Assembly: GCA_036759185.1 (NCBI GenBank)
Contig: DAIOVD010000006.1
Span: 1 to 49,741 of the forward strand
From: Catalimonadaceae bacterium
Lineage (GTDB): Bacteria; Bacteroidota; Bacteroidia; Cytophagales; Flexibacteraceae
Direction: 5' to 3'
Length of the DNA: 49,741 nucleotides
Shown: one piece after another, positions 1-7,854 of the stretch
Layout of the letters: every line of letters begins with the position of its first letter
How positions within the stretch are numbered: the first letter of the stretch is position 1
Program-made: the position numbers and the translations under genes
The notes under the pieces: model-generated
The model's database searches: none
The model's input: only the letters and a program-made list of their open reading frames with translations
Told to the model about the DNA's origin: nothing

Positions 1-1
1 A

Positions 2-688
2 GTGTACACGGCTTCCCGGGAAAACATGGCGGTTTTCAAGTCCAACGGACTGAAGGTAAAAGCGATGGACAAAGGACTGCATGTGGCCCGGTCCGGATTT
101 ATGCCGACCGTTTCACTGACGGGAAATCTGGGCAGCAGCTATTCGAGTTTGTCGAACCGCTTTATTCCGACGGGAAGTTCGGAGGAGGAGACCGGCCAGT
201 TTGTGCGGTTTCAGGGGACGGAGTCGCCTGTGCTGGTGAACCAGACGCATTACAACAGCGAGAAAATCGGGTACAGCCGCCAGATGAAAAACAACCTGGG
301 GGTGTTTGCGGGTGTGAGTCTGCAGGTGCCGGTGTTCAATGGATTTTATGCCTCGAATCAGGTTCGTCTGGCCAAACTGAACCGGAAGCGGGCCATGCTC
401 GATCTGGAAACCAACGAGCAGCAGATGAAGCAAAACATCGAGCAGGCCTGGTTGCTGATGGACATGGCCTGGCGGAAACAGGATCTGATCCGGCAGCAGG
501 TGTCCGATTTTGAGACTTCATTTCAGGCAGCGAAGACCCGTCTGGAAAACGGCGTGATCAGTGCGGCCGAGTTTCTGATCGCCAAAAACAACGCCGACCG
601 TTCCCGGCTATCCGGTGTGCAGGCGACCTACGAATACCAGTTCCGCACCCGGATTCTGGATTACTATCAGGGAAAGCAGGTTTGGTGA
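2..688 (+). CDS. TolC-family outer membrane efflux protein, C-terminal part (5' end lies outside the window)
   Basis: The ORF is open from the window edge. It shows the alternating helical and beta segments and the C-terminal ...YEYQFRTRILDYYQG motif typical of the OEP/TolC family. Confidence 0.75.
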   Translation: MYTASRENMAVFKSNGLKVKAMDKGLHVARSGFMPTVSLTGNLGSSYSSLSNRFIPTGSSEEETGQFVRFQGTESPVLVNQTHYNSEKIGYSRQMKNNLGVFAGVSLQVPVFNGFYASNQVRLAKLNRKRAMLDLETNEQQMKQNIEQAWLLMDMAWRKQDLIRQQVSDFETSFQAAKTRLENGVISAAEFLIAKNNADRSRLSGVQATYEYQFRTRILDYYQGKQVW

Positions 689-738
689 GGGGGGGATTAT
701 TGATTTTCGATACAGCGAATAATTGTTTACTTTGCACT

Positions 739-972
739 ATGCCAGAGCTTTTCAGACTTTTTGGGATTCGTTTTTTCTTCTTTAGTAATGAACACCCACC
801 AGTGCATGTTCATATTAAAAATGGAGACGGAGATGCAAAATTTCAAATTAAACCAGTGCAACTATTAGAAAACAGAGGCATGAAAAGTAAGGATATTCAT
901 TTGGCTGAAAGTATAATTGAAGAGAACGAAGATCTGATCGAGCAAAAATGGAACGAGTACTTCAACCGGTAA
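739..972 (+). CDS. DUF4160-family small protein
   Basis: ATG at 739 inside ORF 682..972. The N-terminus MPELFRLFGIRFFFFSNEHPPVHVHI matches the DUF4160 signature (F..FY..EH.PPH.H). Confidence 0.75.
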   Translation: MPELFRLFGIRFFFFSNEHPPVHVHIKNGDGDAKFQIKPVQLLENRGMKSKDIHLAESIIEENEDLIEQKWNEYFNR

Positions 973-1211
973 CGGAATCCTTAATTGCAGCTGAAAAAGT
1001 CTGGTTTCAGGATGATTACATCTTTGTACGACTGAAGGACCAACGTGTGCTTGGCCACCCGCTTTCCTGGTATCCGCATCTGATGAAAGGGACGGAAATC
1101 CAGCGGCAAAACGTTGAACTATGGAACGAAGGTGCCTGGCTGCATTGGGAAGAATTGGATGAGGATCTGTCCGCGGAAGGATTTCTTCGGTTTGTGAAGC
1201 CGGGGGAGTAA
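948..1211 (+). CDS. DUF2442-family small protein
   Basis: 87-aa ORF overlapping the preceding gene by 25 nt. The ...DDYIFVRLKDQRVLGHPLSWYPHL...LHWEELDEDLSAEGFL pattern is typical of DUF2442, the usual partner of DUF4160. Confidence 0.7.
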   Translation: MERVLQPVTESLIAAEKVWFQDDYIFVRLKDQRVLGHPLSWYPHLMKGTEIQRQNVELWNEGAWLHWEELDEDLSAEGFLRFVKPGE

Positions 1212-1246
1212 AAGTCTTTGCAAGGGTGTGCTCTAATAGTTGATAC

Positions 1247-2835
1247 TCACTCGTTGATCCATCTTCCTATCCATTTCTGATCGCCTTTCCGGGCCAAGTA
1301 GGTGTACATGCCGGAAGGCAGATTGGCCAGAGAGACGGGAGAACCGCTTCCGGCCCAGCCCTCAAAAACCCGGCGGCCATCGGTGGCAAACAAATTCAAC
1401 TCCAACCGACCTTCGACGCCCGAAAACCAAACATCACCCGAACCTGGATTGGGGTAGAGCCTGAGAGTCTTCGCCCATTTGGGTGCTCTTGTACTTAGCG
1501 GGATGGTATCGGCAAAAGGATCGTAAGGAAGGCCGATTCCGGAGATTTTCATAAAGAACATTTCATCTCCTGTACCTCCCTGGCGGCGGGCTTTACCGGC
1601 CAGAACCACATTTCCCAAACCATCAAAAGCCAGGTCATTGATCTCAGCAGGAACTTTAACCAAGTTTCCACTCTTTGGCAAAGGCTTTTTCCAAAGCAGG
1701 ATGCTGTCCGGACTGTAGAGCTTAATAAAATTGCTGTCTGAGTTTGTGGTGCTGCGTTCAAAGGCGAGAATATTGCCATCCTGCATGGTGGCCAGAACGG
1801 AACCGGATTTTGCAGTGTTTTCTCCTCCCCAGATTTTGTGGCCGCTGGCATCAAATTTTCCAAAGAAATACGGGCTGGATTACTGCCATAGGTACCACTG
1901 GCAACAAGGGATTGGTAGCGGGTCTGCCGGACCACGGTATCAAACACCAGATTTGGCGCCGTCCCAAACCAAACCGTATCCTGGCCCAGTTGATTGCCGT
2001 TCTCATCGATTTCCACTGACCAGATCATTCTTTCGGCCATGCCACTCAATAAGTAGTGCCCGTTTCTCATGGGCTCGATGTTGTTGCCTTTGCAATACCA
2101 GTCGTTTCCTCCATTGAAGCGCTGGGTCCATTGCAACTGGCCATTGTAGCTCACTTTGATCAGAAGCCAGTCCTGCAAACCACCAATTGTACTGAAGTCA
2201 GAACCCATAACAAATGTGCCCCCATCCGAAGTAGGCAGCACCTTGGATACTTGAGGATCATTCAGCCCTGCACTCAAAGGAAGTTTCCAGATGGAATTTC
2301 CATTGGTATCGACCTTCTGGATAAGGATTTTCGAGTCCAGTATCGTGTCACCAACCGACTTTGATGCGATCACCAGGTTGCCTTCGAAACTTTTATGGAT
2401 TTTCATATCAGGTGTGAAGCTTGTCCAACCACCAACCCGTCGCACAAAAATTGTATCACCAGTATTCGCCTGCAATTTCACTAAACCAATGCCATAAGCG
2501 GTACCTGATGAATTTTGTATTGCATAGCCCCACTCCCTAGCAGCAATCGCTGAAAAAATTGTCGATTCATTAAAATATACAATTCCATGAGATGACAAAA
2601 TCTTTGTACCTACTAAAAACTGCCGCTGCCAATCCACACTTTGCCCAAATGAAATCTGATAGAGCAGAAGTATAGATAGCAGCGGCAGGTATTTCTTTAG
2701 TCGTTCTCCTGGTGAAGAGATTTCCAGTCCTGTCGATGCCCGCTCTTTCCTGAGGTATTGCCTGAACCGTTCTTTTGCCTTCTGTTTCCATATTCCTGCC
2801 ATATCGATGAATTTCATTTCGGGTTCCGATCGCAA
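1247..2835 (-). pseudogene. T9SS-sorted secreted repeat protein (beta-propeller-like), interrupted by one frameshift near 1868-1882
   Basis: ORF 1549..2835 carries a hydrophobic signal segment (KKYLPLLSILLLYQISFGQ). ORF 1247..1786, in another frame, ends in a T9SS C-terminal domain (LRLYPNPGSG...GMYTYLARKGDQKWIGRWINE). The downstream frame stays protein-like upstream of its Met (SSPYFFGKFDASGHKIWGGENTAKSGSVLATMQDG) back to a stop at 1880-1882. The upstream frame becomes nonsense after ...GTYGSNPA. Confidence 0.7.
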
Positions 2836-3128
2836 GCCGAATATCCGCTAAAAACCGGAATTGCCGGCATCGTTTTTTTGAACATCACCGGATGAAAAAC
2901 AGAGAGGTGTGTTCATTGGGATGTTCATTGCTTTTCGGGTGTGTTGATAGGTGGGGATACAAATCAACAAAGAGGATTCTGATGTTTGAATTATTCAGGT
3001 TCAGATTATTGAAATGATGAGGCAGTTGCATCGTTCTGCACGAAGTTGCATAGCTGAACCGTTTTAAACAGAACATTTGCTTTTTTTAATCCCAAAAAAT
3101 TATTTGATTTGAGTTCATTCCAATTCCC

Positions 3129-4934
3129 ATGAAACGAACTCAATTTCTCCTTCTTCTCCCGGTTTTATTTCTTGCGTTGAGTTTTCAATCTTTTGGCCAA
3201 ATGACCACGGTCTGGCAAAAACAGATGACCGGTACCGGTTTTTTTCTGAATTCTAAAGTAGCACCCGACGGCAAGGTTTATTCTGTGGGCTATTTCTGGG
3301 GAAAAAAGGCCGTCTTTGGAAACACCGAGATTTGGGCCGATACAGTTTTTGATCCGAATGTTTGGACCACTGGAAATGCCGATAACATAGAGTCAACTGG
3401 TTTCGTTGCCTGTCAGGACATGAATGGAGATTTTGTTTGGGCCCGGCCTGTAACCACTTATTGTGGAATTGATGGTATGACACTTTCACATATTTGTGTG
3501 GACGGAGCCGGAAATGCAGTTGTGGCTGGTAATTTTTATTACCGACATTACAGTCCAGTCAATGGGTGGAGTGCCTCGTTCAATTCGGTTCCATTTTTTC
3601 AGATCCCAAATGATCCTCAAGGTGACCTCCTGGGGGGCTCCCATTTTGCTTTTGTCCTGAAAATATCTCCTCAGGGTGATCTACTTTGGAATAAAGTATT
3701 TCGATCCGGACGCAATTCTCAAAATTTACATCTTGAATTTGTTAACAATACGATTGAGCTTCTGGTTCAACACAACGATACCTTAAAGGTGGACGGTGCG
3801 GTTTATTGCAATGGTTTAACCAATGGCTATATCAATGAATATGCCCTGCTGAAACTAACAACGGATGGTACGGTTATATCTGTTCAGAACCGAAATTTTC
3901 ATAATCTGGTTGTTCCACCAGGCCCACCATCAGGTCGACAGGGGCTTCAAAGAATTTTTATTCGCAGGCTACCCAATCTTTCCTGGGCCCTGGCACTGTT
4001 TGATTTTGCCACATATGGAACGATGGTCGTCGATATCTCACCTGATTTTTCAACCATTCTGGATACGGTATCATTTAAAACCCGTTCAGCAACTGCAATC
4101 GCAAACAACTATTTTAATCCGGGTCCGGTTTTAGTACTTGGAGACATCGTTCAATTGCCCGAGGGAAAAAGAGGCTATATTTTTCAATTTGATACCCGAA
4201 ATTATGGGGATGAAAAGCTGATCTGGAAAAACGACACCCTGGACCTTGGAATTCCGCCAACCGATACAAGTCTTGGAACGAATACGAATATTGGAAATGC
4301 ATTTCTTCTCAAAACGGAAGGAACCTCCTGCATAAAACAAGTTTTGATGTTGCCTCCTGTTGGGACTTATTATGGCTTGGGAGCCAATCAAACCAGCACG
4401 GGTAATTTTTTCACCATCCCAAATTATTTTCCATCCGCTCTCAAACAATTTGATCGCAATGGAAATTTCATTTCCAGCCTTGATCTGAGTCAGGCACATA
4501 ATTCGGTTATAGAAAGCACCGAATTTGAATTTGGGGATGCTTTAATCGAATATGGCGACTCTAAAATTGAAAAGGCTGGAAATCATCTCTACATTTCCTA
4601 TGGACCGTACCTGACCAAAGTCCTGATCAATGAAGTGGCCACAACGGATGTTTCATTTTCAGGATGTTTATCCAACCGCACCCTTCTTACAACCATCCAG
4701 GAACAGGAACTCCGTGATGTCTATGTTTTTAAGATGGACCAGAGTATTGTGTATCACCAATCCTCCAATGAAGATGGATTGTATCGTTTGGTGAACGCTT
4801 TGGGGCAGACCATTTCCGAAGGTGATTTGTCAGGCCTTGAAACCCGGATTCAATCCAAAGGTCAACCCAAGGGCATCTACATGCTTACAATTCAACAGAA
4901 AAATAAGCAGACCACACATCGGGTTATGTGGTAG
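3129..4934 (+). CDS. T9SS-sorted secreted protein, function unknown
   Basis: N-terminal signal peptide MKRTQFLLLLPVLFLALSFQSFGQ. The C-terminal ~80 aa resemble a T9SS type A sorting domain (...YRLVNALGQTISEGDL...GIYMLTIQQKNKQTTHRVMW). Confidence 0.8.
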   Translation: MKRTQFLLLLPVLFLALSFQSFGQMTTVWQKQMTGTGFFLNSKVAPDGKVYSVGYFWGKKAVFGNTEIWADTVFDPNVWTTGNADNIESTGFVACQDMNGDFVWARPVTTYCGIDGMTLSHICVDGAGNAVVAGNFYYRHYSPVNGWSASFNSVPFFQIPNDPQGDLLGGSHFAFVLKISPQGDLLWNKVFRSGRNSQNLHLEFVNNTIELLVQHNDTLKVDGAVYCNGLTNGYINEYALLKLTTDGTVISVQNRNFHNLVVPPGPPSGRQGLQRIFIRRLPNLSWALALFDFATYGTMVVDISPDFSTILDTVSFKTRSATAIANNYFNPGPVLVLGDIVQLPEGKRGYIFQFDTRNYGDEKLIWKNDTLDLGIPPTDTSLGTNTNIGNAFLLKTEGTSCIKQVLMLPPVGTYYGLGANQTSTGNFFTIPNYFPSALKQFDRNGNFISSLDLSQAHNSVIESTEFEFGDALIEYGDSKIEKAGNHLYISYGPYLTKVLINEVATTDVSFSGCLSNRTLLTTIQEQELRDVYVFKMDQSIVYHQSSNEDGLYRLVNALGQTISEGDLSGLETRIQSKGQPKGIYMLTIQQKNKQTTHRVMW

Positions 4935-5300
4935 TAGATGATAAGGATTTCAGGATCGGACTTTTATTCCGCAATTGAGAATCGGTAATAATCTGACAAA
5001 ACGGATTGGTTGCGCCCGGACTAGTTCCGAATTATCTGTTGTTTTTATGCTAGGAAATCCCCTGCCGGGCGGGAATTGAATCTCCATAAAAAGCGGTTCG
5101 CATTTCACTTTTGCATAATTTTCAATGCGTAAAAATTTTTATGCACGAAATTTTATGAAGATGGGGAAATAAAAAGGAGAGTCCTTCGTCTCATTGATTC
5201 GGGCAGTCCAGCGCCTGCAAATGTATTTTCGGGCACCTGTCATTTTGATGAGTTGAGGCACATTTCCTGGTGAAGATCAAACCTTCCAACATGCCTCCTT

Positions 5301-6350
5301 TCATAATTTTGGCTTTCCCGAAGGTTGTTTTGGCATAAACCAACTCTCATGAACAGGTAGTTTCCAGCCCCGAAGTTTGGCATAGTCTTCAATTGGGCAC
5401 AAAAACAGAGCCGTTCGGTCAGCCTTGTTCACTTCGGCTTTCCCAAATGGATATATGGCTCCCGGTTCGGCGCCAAACCAATTGTTTCCACCAAACCAGC
5501 CATATTTCTGGCAATGCTCCCAGTATGTACTATCACTGTTGAATGGCTCCCTTATTCGGCAATAATCAATGGCACTCGCCCAATCTTCAGGATACAAATC
5601 CAACTTGCGGATGGCATCCAGAGCATAAGGCTCCAGCTTTTTTAGCGTCTCGCCGTCTGCATGGCGAATCAAAACTTCTACTTGTCCCGTACCTGCGTTC
5701 CGGCCGGTTTCCCTGAATTCGCCCAGTAAGTGAAAACCTGGCCAGCCGTATTCTGCACATATTTCCAGAAACTCTTTTCTGTTTTCCAGATCCAGAACCC
5801 GGATTTTTCTCCACCTCCTTTTCCCTGAAACAAAAATAGATCGCCAACCGGTTCTGTATCGTTGGTCCTTTATCCCAATTCGATTAATCCTGGCAATCAA
5901 AGGCTTGTTTACGTTTGATTTGTACACCCGGAAACAGGAATCCATCGTTTTTCTCAGCCGCTTATTTTGAGGGAGGTATATGAATTTGCGAAAGGCGTCG
6001 GATTTTTGTTGGAGATAAATATGGTGCTCCATCATTTCTCTGACATTCCGGTAAGTGCCGCCCCTCATGGAAAATCTTTGCAAATAATATCCCGCCAATC
6101 GGGAGTCGCCCAATGTATGTGCATTCACCGCAGCCATCAGATAATCCTGGTTAAAACCCTGAACGGAATCCAGAGCAAAGGCAATCCTGAAGCAGGAATC
6201 CGATTTGGCATAAGATGAATCCATAAAATGATGCTGACCAAGATAAAAATTTGTGTAGTAAACCACATGTTGCGGTGACTGACCAATCGATTGCGCTCCC
6301 CAAATACTGATGTGTAAAAGACTTAGAAATGCGGTTTTGAATTGAAACAC
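5301..6350 (-). CDS. Hypothetical secreted protein (GTG start)
   Basis: 349-aa ORF with a signal-like N-terminus (MFQFKTAFLSLLHISIWGAQSIGQ). I recognise no family. Confidence 0.6.
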   Translation of the reverse strand: MFQFKTAFLSLLHISIWGAQSIGQSPQHVVYYTNFYLGQHHFMDSSYAKSDSCFRIAFALDSVQGFNQDYLMAAVNAHTLGDSRLAGYYLQRFSMRGGTYRNVREMMEHHIYLQQKSDAFRKFIYLPQNKRLRKTMDSCFRVYKSNVNKPLIARINRIGIKDQRYRTGWRSIFVSGKRRWRKIRVLDLENRKEFLEICAEYGWPGFHLLGEFRETGRNAGTGQVEVLIRHADGETLKKLEPYALDAIRKLDLYPEDWASAIDYCRIREPFNSDSTYWEHCQKYGWFGGNNWFGAEPGAIYPFGKAEVNKADRTALFLCPIEDYAKLRGWKLPVHESWFMPKQPSGKPKL

Positions 6351-6644
6351 GTTTTATTCTTAATTTTGAAGCGATAGATCCTTTGGTAGGTAACGTATTT
6401 ACGGGACAAGGATTTTATCGGAAAGGCAGGGAATAGCACCGATTCAGTTCCCACAAATCAAGGGTGGACCAAAATTGTAAGATCTCTCCCAGAGCACTTG
6501 CTGGGTGAAATGAAGAGGAGAGGAACTAACAGAAAACGTAATACCTTCAAGTTCATTGTAGCAATTTGATTCGAAAGTAGCCAAAATTCCCATGCCTGAA
6601 AATACAGATGGGTTATCCATGATCAGGTATAATGGCTGCCGGAT

Positions 6645-6963
6645 GTTTCCAGGCAATTGCCGGAAAGGTCAAAACAATTGTAAAAAATCCTCTAGGGGTT
6701 GGTAAAACATTTCCGGGAAGTCCAGGACCAATTTTACCAATTGCCAAACCCTTTTTATCAATTGTAAAAGTTGCGGCGGGAGTTGTACCGGATGGTTTAC
6801 CATAACCCGCCGCAATTTTTACAACCCCACAGCCGGGTTTTACTATTGGCGGCCACCCGGAGGGAATTCCCTGACGAGTTTTTTGGCAGTCCAAATGCTA
6901 CAGGGAATTGTACAGCGCATTTTTACAATTGGTAAACAGCACATAACAATTGTAAAAATCGTC
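6645..6963. repeat. Phased CAATTG array: three ~45-bp units of the form CAATTG-N15-CAATTGTAAAA
   Basis: CAATTG cores at 6654/6675, 6738/6759 and 6926/6947, each pair exactly 21 bp apart. GAATTG at 6905 lies a further 21 bp upstream of 6926. Related half-sites occur at 6473 (AATTGTAA) and 6812-6826 (GCAATTTTTACAACC). Confidence 0.85.
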
Positions 6964-7025
6964 CGTTCAGCAGCCGGAATCATTTTATCAACCCCATCAT
7001 CAGCCGGATATTGTCGAAAAACATC

Positions 7026-7169
7026 TGTTAAGTTTTTAAACTGATAATAAAAACTTAACAAAGTTGTTGAGTTTTTATTGTTAAGATATAAAATGCAACA
7101 AACAAAACTTAACAGAGATGTTGAGTTTTCAATTCTAAAATCAAAATCTCAACAACCAATTTTTAACAG
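7026..7169. repeat. Block of alternately oriented 11-12-nt segments (TGTTAAGTTTTT / AAAAACTTAACA / TGTTGAGTTTTT) forming alternative hairpins
   Basis: Segments: S1 7026-7037, S2 7049-7060, S3 7065-7076, S4 7079-7085, S5 7104-7114, S6 7119-7129, S7 7143-7154. S1:S2 is a perfect 12-bp complement. S2:S3 and S5:S6 pair with one G-U. The units at 7049-7076 and 7104-7129 are a ~26-bp direct repeat. Confidence 0.85.
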
Positions 7170-7275
7170 GCAATCATGATTACTGACTCGTCAGCCGTCT
7201 TCGTAAATCGGGACCCCGAACTTTGAAAATTACTATTCAAGTTGAAAATGAAGAAGCATAAGGTAAACCTCATCT

Positions 7276-7366
7276 GCGGTCAGACCGCCGCTCCTTCGTC
7301 GCTCCGGTACCGACCACATGCAAGGCAAACCACTCTCTCTGCATTCCTGCATTTCATTCATAATTT
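7276..7366 (+). repeat. Copy A of a ~90-bp imperfect direct repeat
   Basis: GCGGTCAGACCGCCGCTCCTTCGTCGCTCCGGTACCGACCACATGC...CCTGCATTTCATTCATAATTT aligns with 7637-7720 (few substitutions, one ~7-nt gap). Confidence 0.85.
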
Positions 7367-7636
7367 GGCGCTAAAGAGGCCACGTTCCGCATAACTCATC
7401 ATTCATCACTTGGCGCCAAGGTAAGCATCTCTCACCACTAATCAGCCCCACGATAAGCATCATTCTTGATGTGGATCATTTCCCCCAATCAGGCATCACC
7501 ATTGAATTATTTTTCGGGCACCTGTTGTGTTGATGCGTGGGGATTGAAAATGGCGCCTTGTTAAAAACCCTGCTTAAGCAGTGGGCGACACACGCATCCA
7601 GGCGGAGCAATGTCAACTGTTCCGTTTTATTTGAAC

Positions 7637-7720
7637 GCGGTCTGACCGCCACTCCTTCTTCGCTTTGGTACCGACCACATGCCTAGCCAAACACGCAATC
7701 CTGCATTTTATTCATAATTT
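7637..7720 (+). repeat. Copy B of the ~90-bp imperfect direct repeat
   Basis: GCGGTCTGACCGCCACTCCTTCTTCGCTTTGGTACCGACCACATGC...CCTGCATTTTATTCATAATTT, starting 361 bp downstream of copy A. Confidence 0.85.
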
Positions 7721-7764
7721 ATAACTCATAATTCAGCATTAAATCAGGCAGTTACCACCCTATC

Positions 7765-7792
7765 CACAAATCACACATCACAAATCACACAT
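7765..7792 (+). repeat. Perfect tandem duplication of the 14-mer CACAAATCACACAT
   Basis: Read directly: 7765-7778 is identical to 7779-7792, followed by an A8 run. Confidence 0.9.
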
Positions 7793-7854
7793 CAAAAAAA
7801 AGTGGTTTGCAGTCCAAAAGAAAGTTGCCTTTCTCTCAAACCACAAACCACTTT
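7793..7854 (-). terminator. Putative intrinsic terminator of the giant adhesin gene
   Basis: On the minus strand, AAAGTGGTTTG (7854-7844) pairs with CAAACCACTTT (7809-7799), followed by a U-run (7798-7793). It starts 19 nt after the stop codon. The loop is long (34 nt) and contains an inner AGAAAG/CTTTCT stem. Confidence 0.5.

Noticed and set aside
6444-7061. Three consecutive, slightly overlapping minus-strand ORFs (6843..7061, 6613..6894, 6444..6656) that look like one frameshifted gene.
   Set aside because: The open frames coincide with the stop-poor AT-rich repeat motif (each ACAATTGTAAAA reads as FTI/FTIV). The repeat units are offset by 84 bp and then 188 bp, so they do not stay in one frame. 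No domain or signal is recognisable. I treat them as artefacts of the DNA repeats, pending a tblastn check.
6645-7170. CRISPR-like array.
   Set aside because: The repeats are short (6-17 nt), occur in both orientations, and are spaced irregularly apart from the 21-bp pairs. They are not separated by unique spacers of uniform length, and there are no cas genes in the window.
7352-7363. The exact 12-mer TTTCATTCATAA is shared between the island (7352-7363) and the adhesin/nuclease promoter region (14913-14924).
   Set aside because: Dozens of exact 12-mer coincidences are expected by chance within a 50-kb window. The match is not significant on its own.
7248-7394. 48-codon ORF (MKKHKVNLICGQTAAPSSLRYRPHA...) covering copy A of the 90-bp repeat.
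   Set aside because: Copy B has no start codon in the corresponding frame and terminates early (…WYRPHA then a stop). Substitutions between the copies are not biased toward synonymous changes. It is probably non-coding.
7700-7735. dif-like Xer recombination site (TTTATTCATAATTTATAACTCATAATTC).
   Set aside because: Only the left arm and the spacer loosely resemble dif. The right arm is not the expected inverted TTATG-type half-site.
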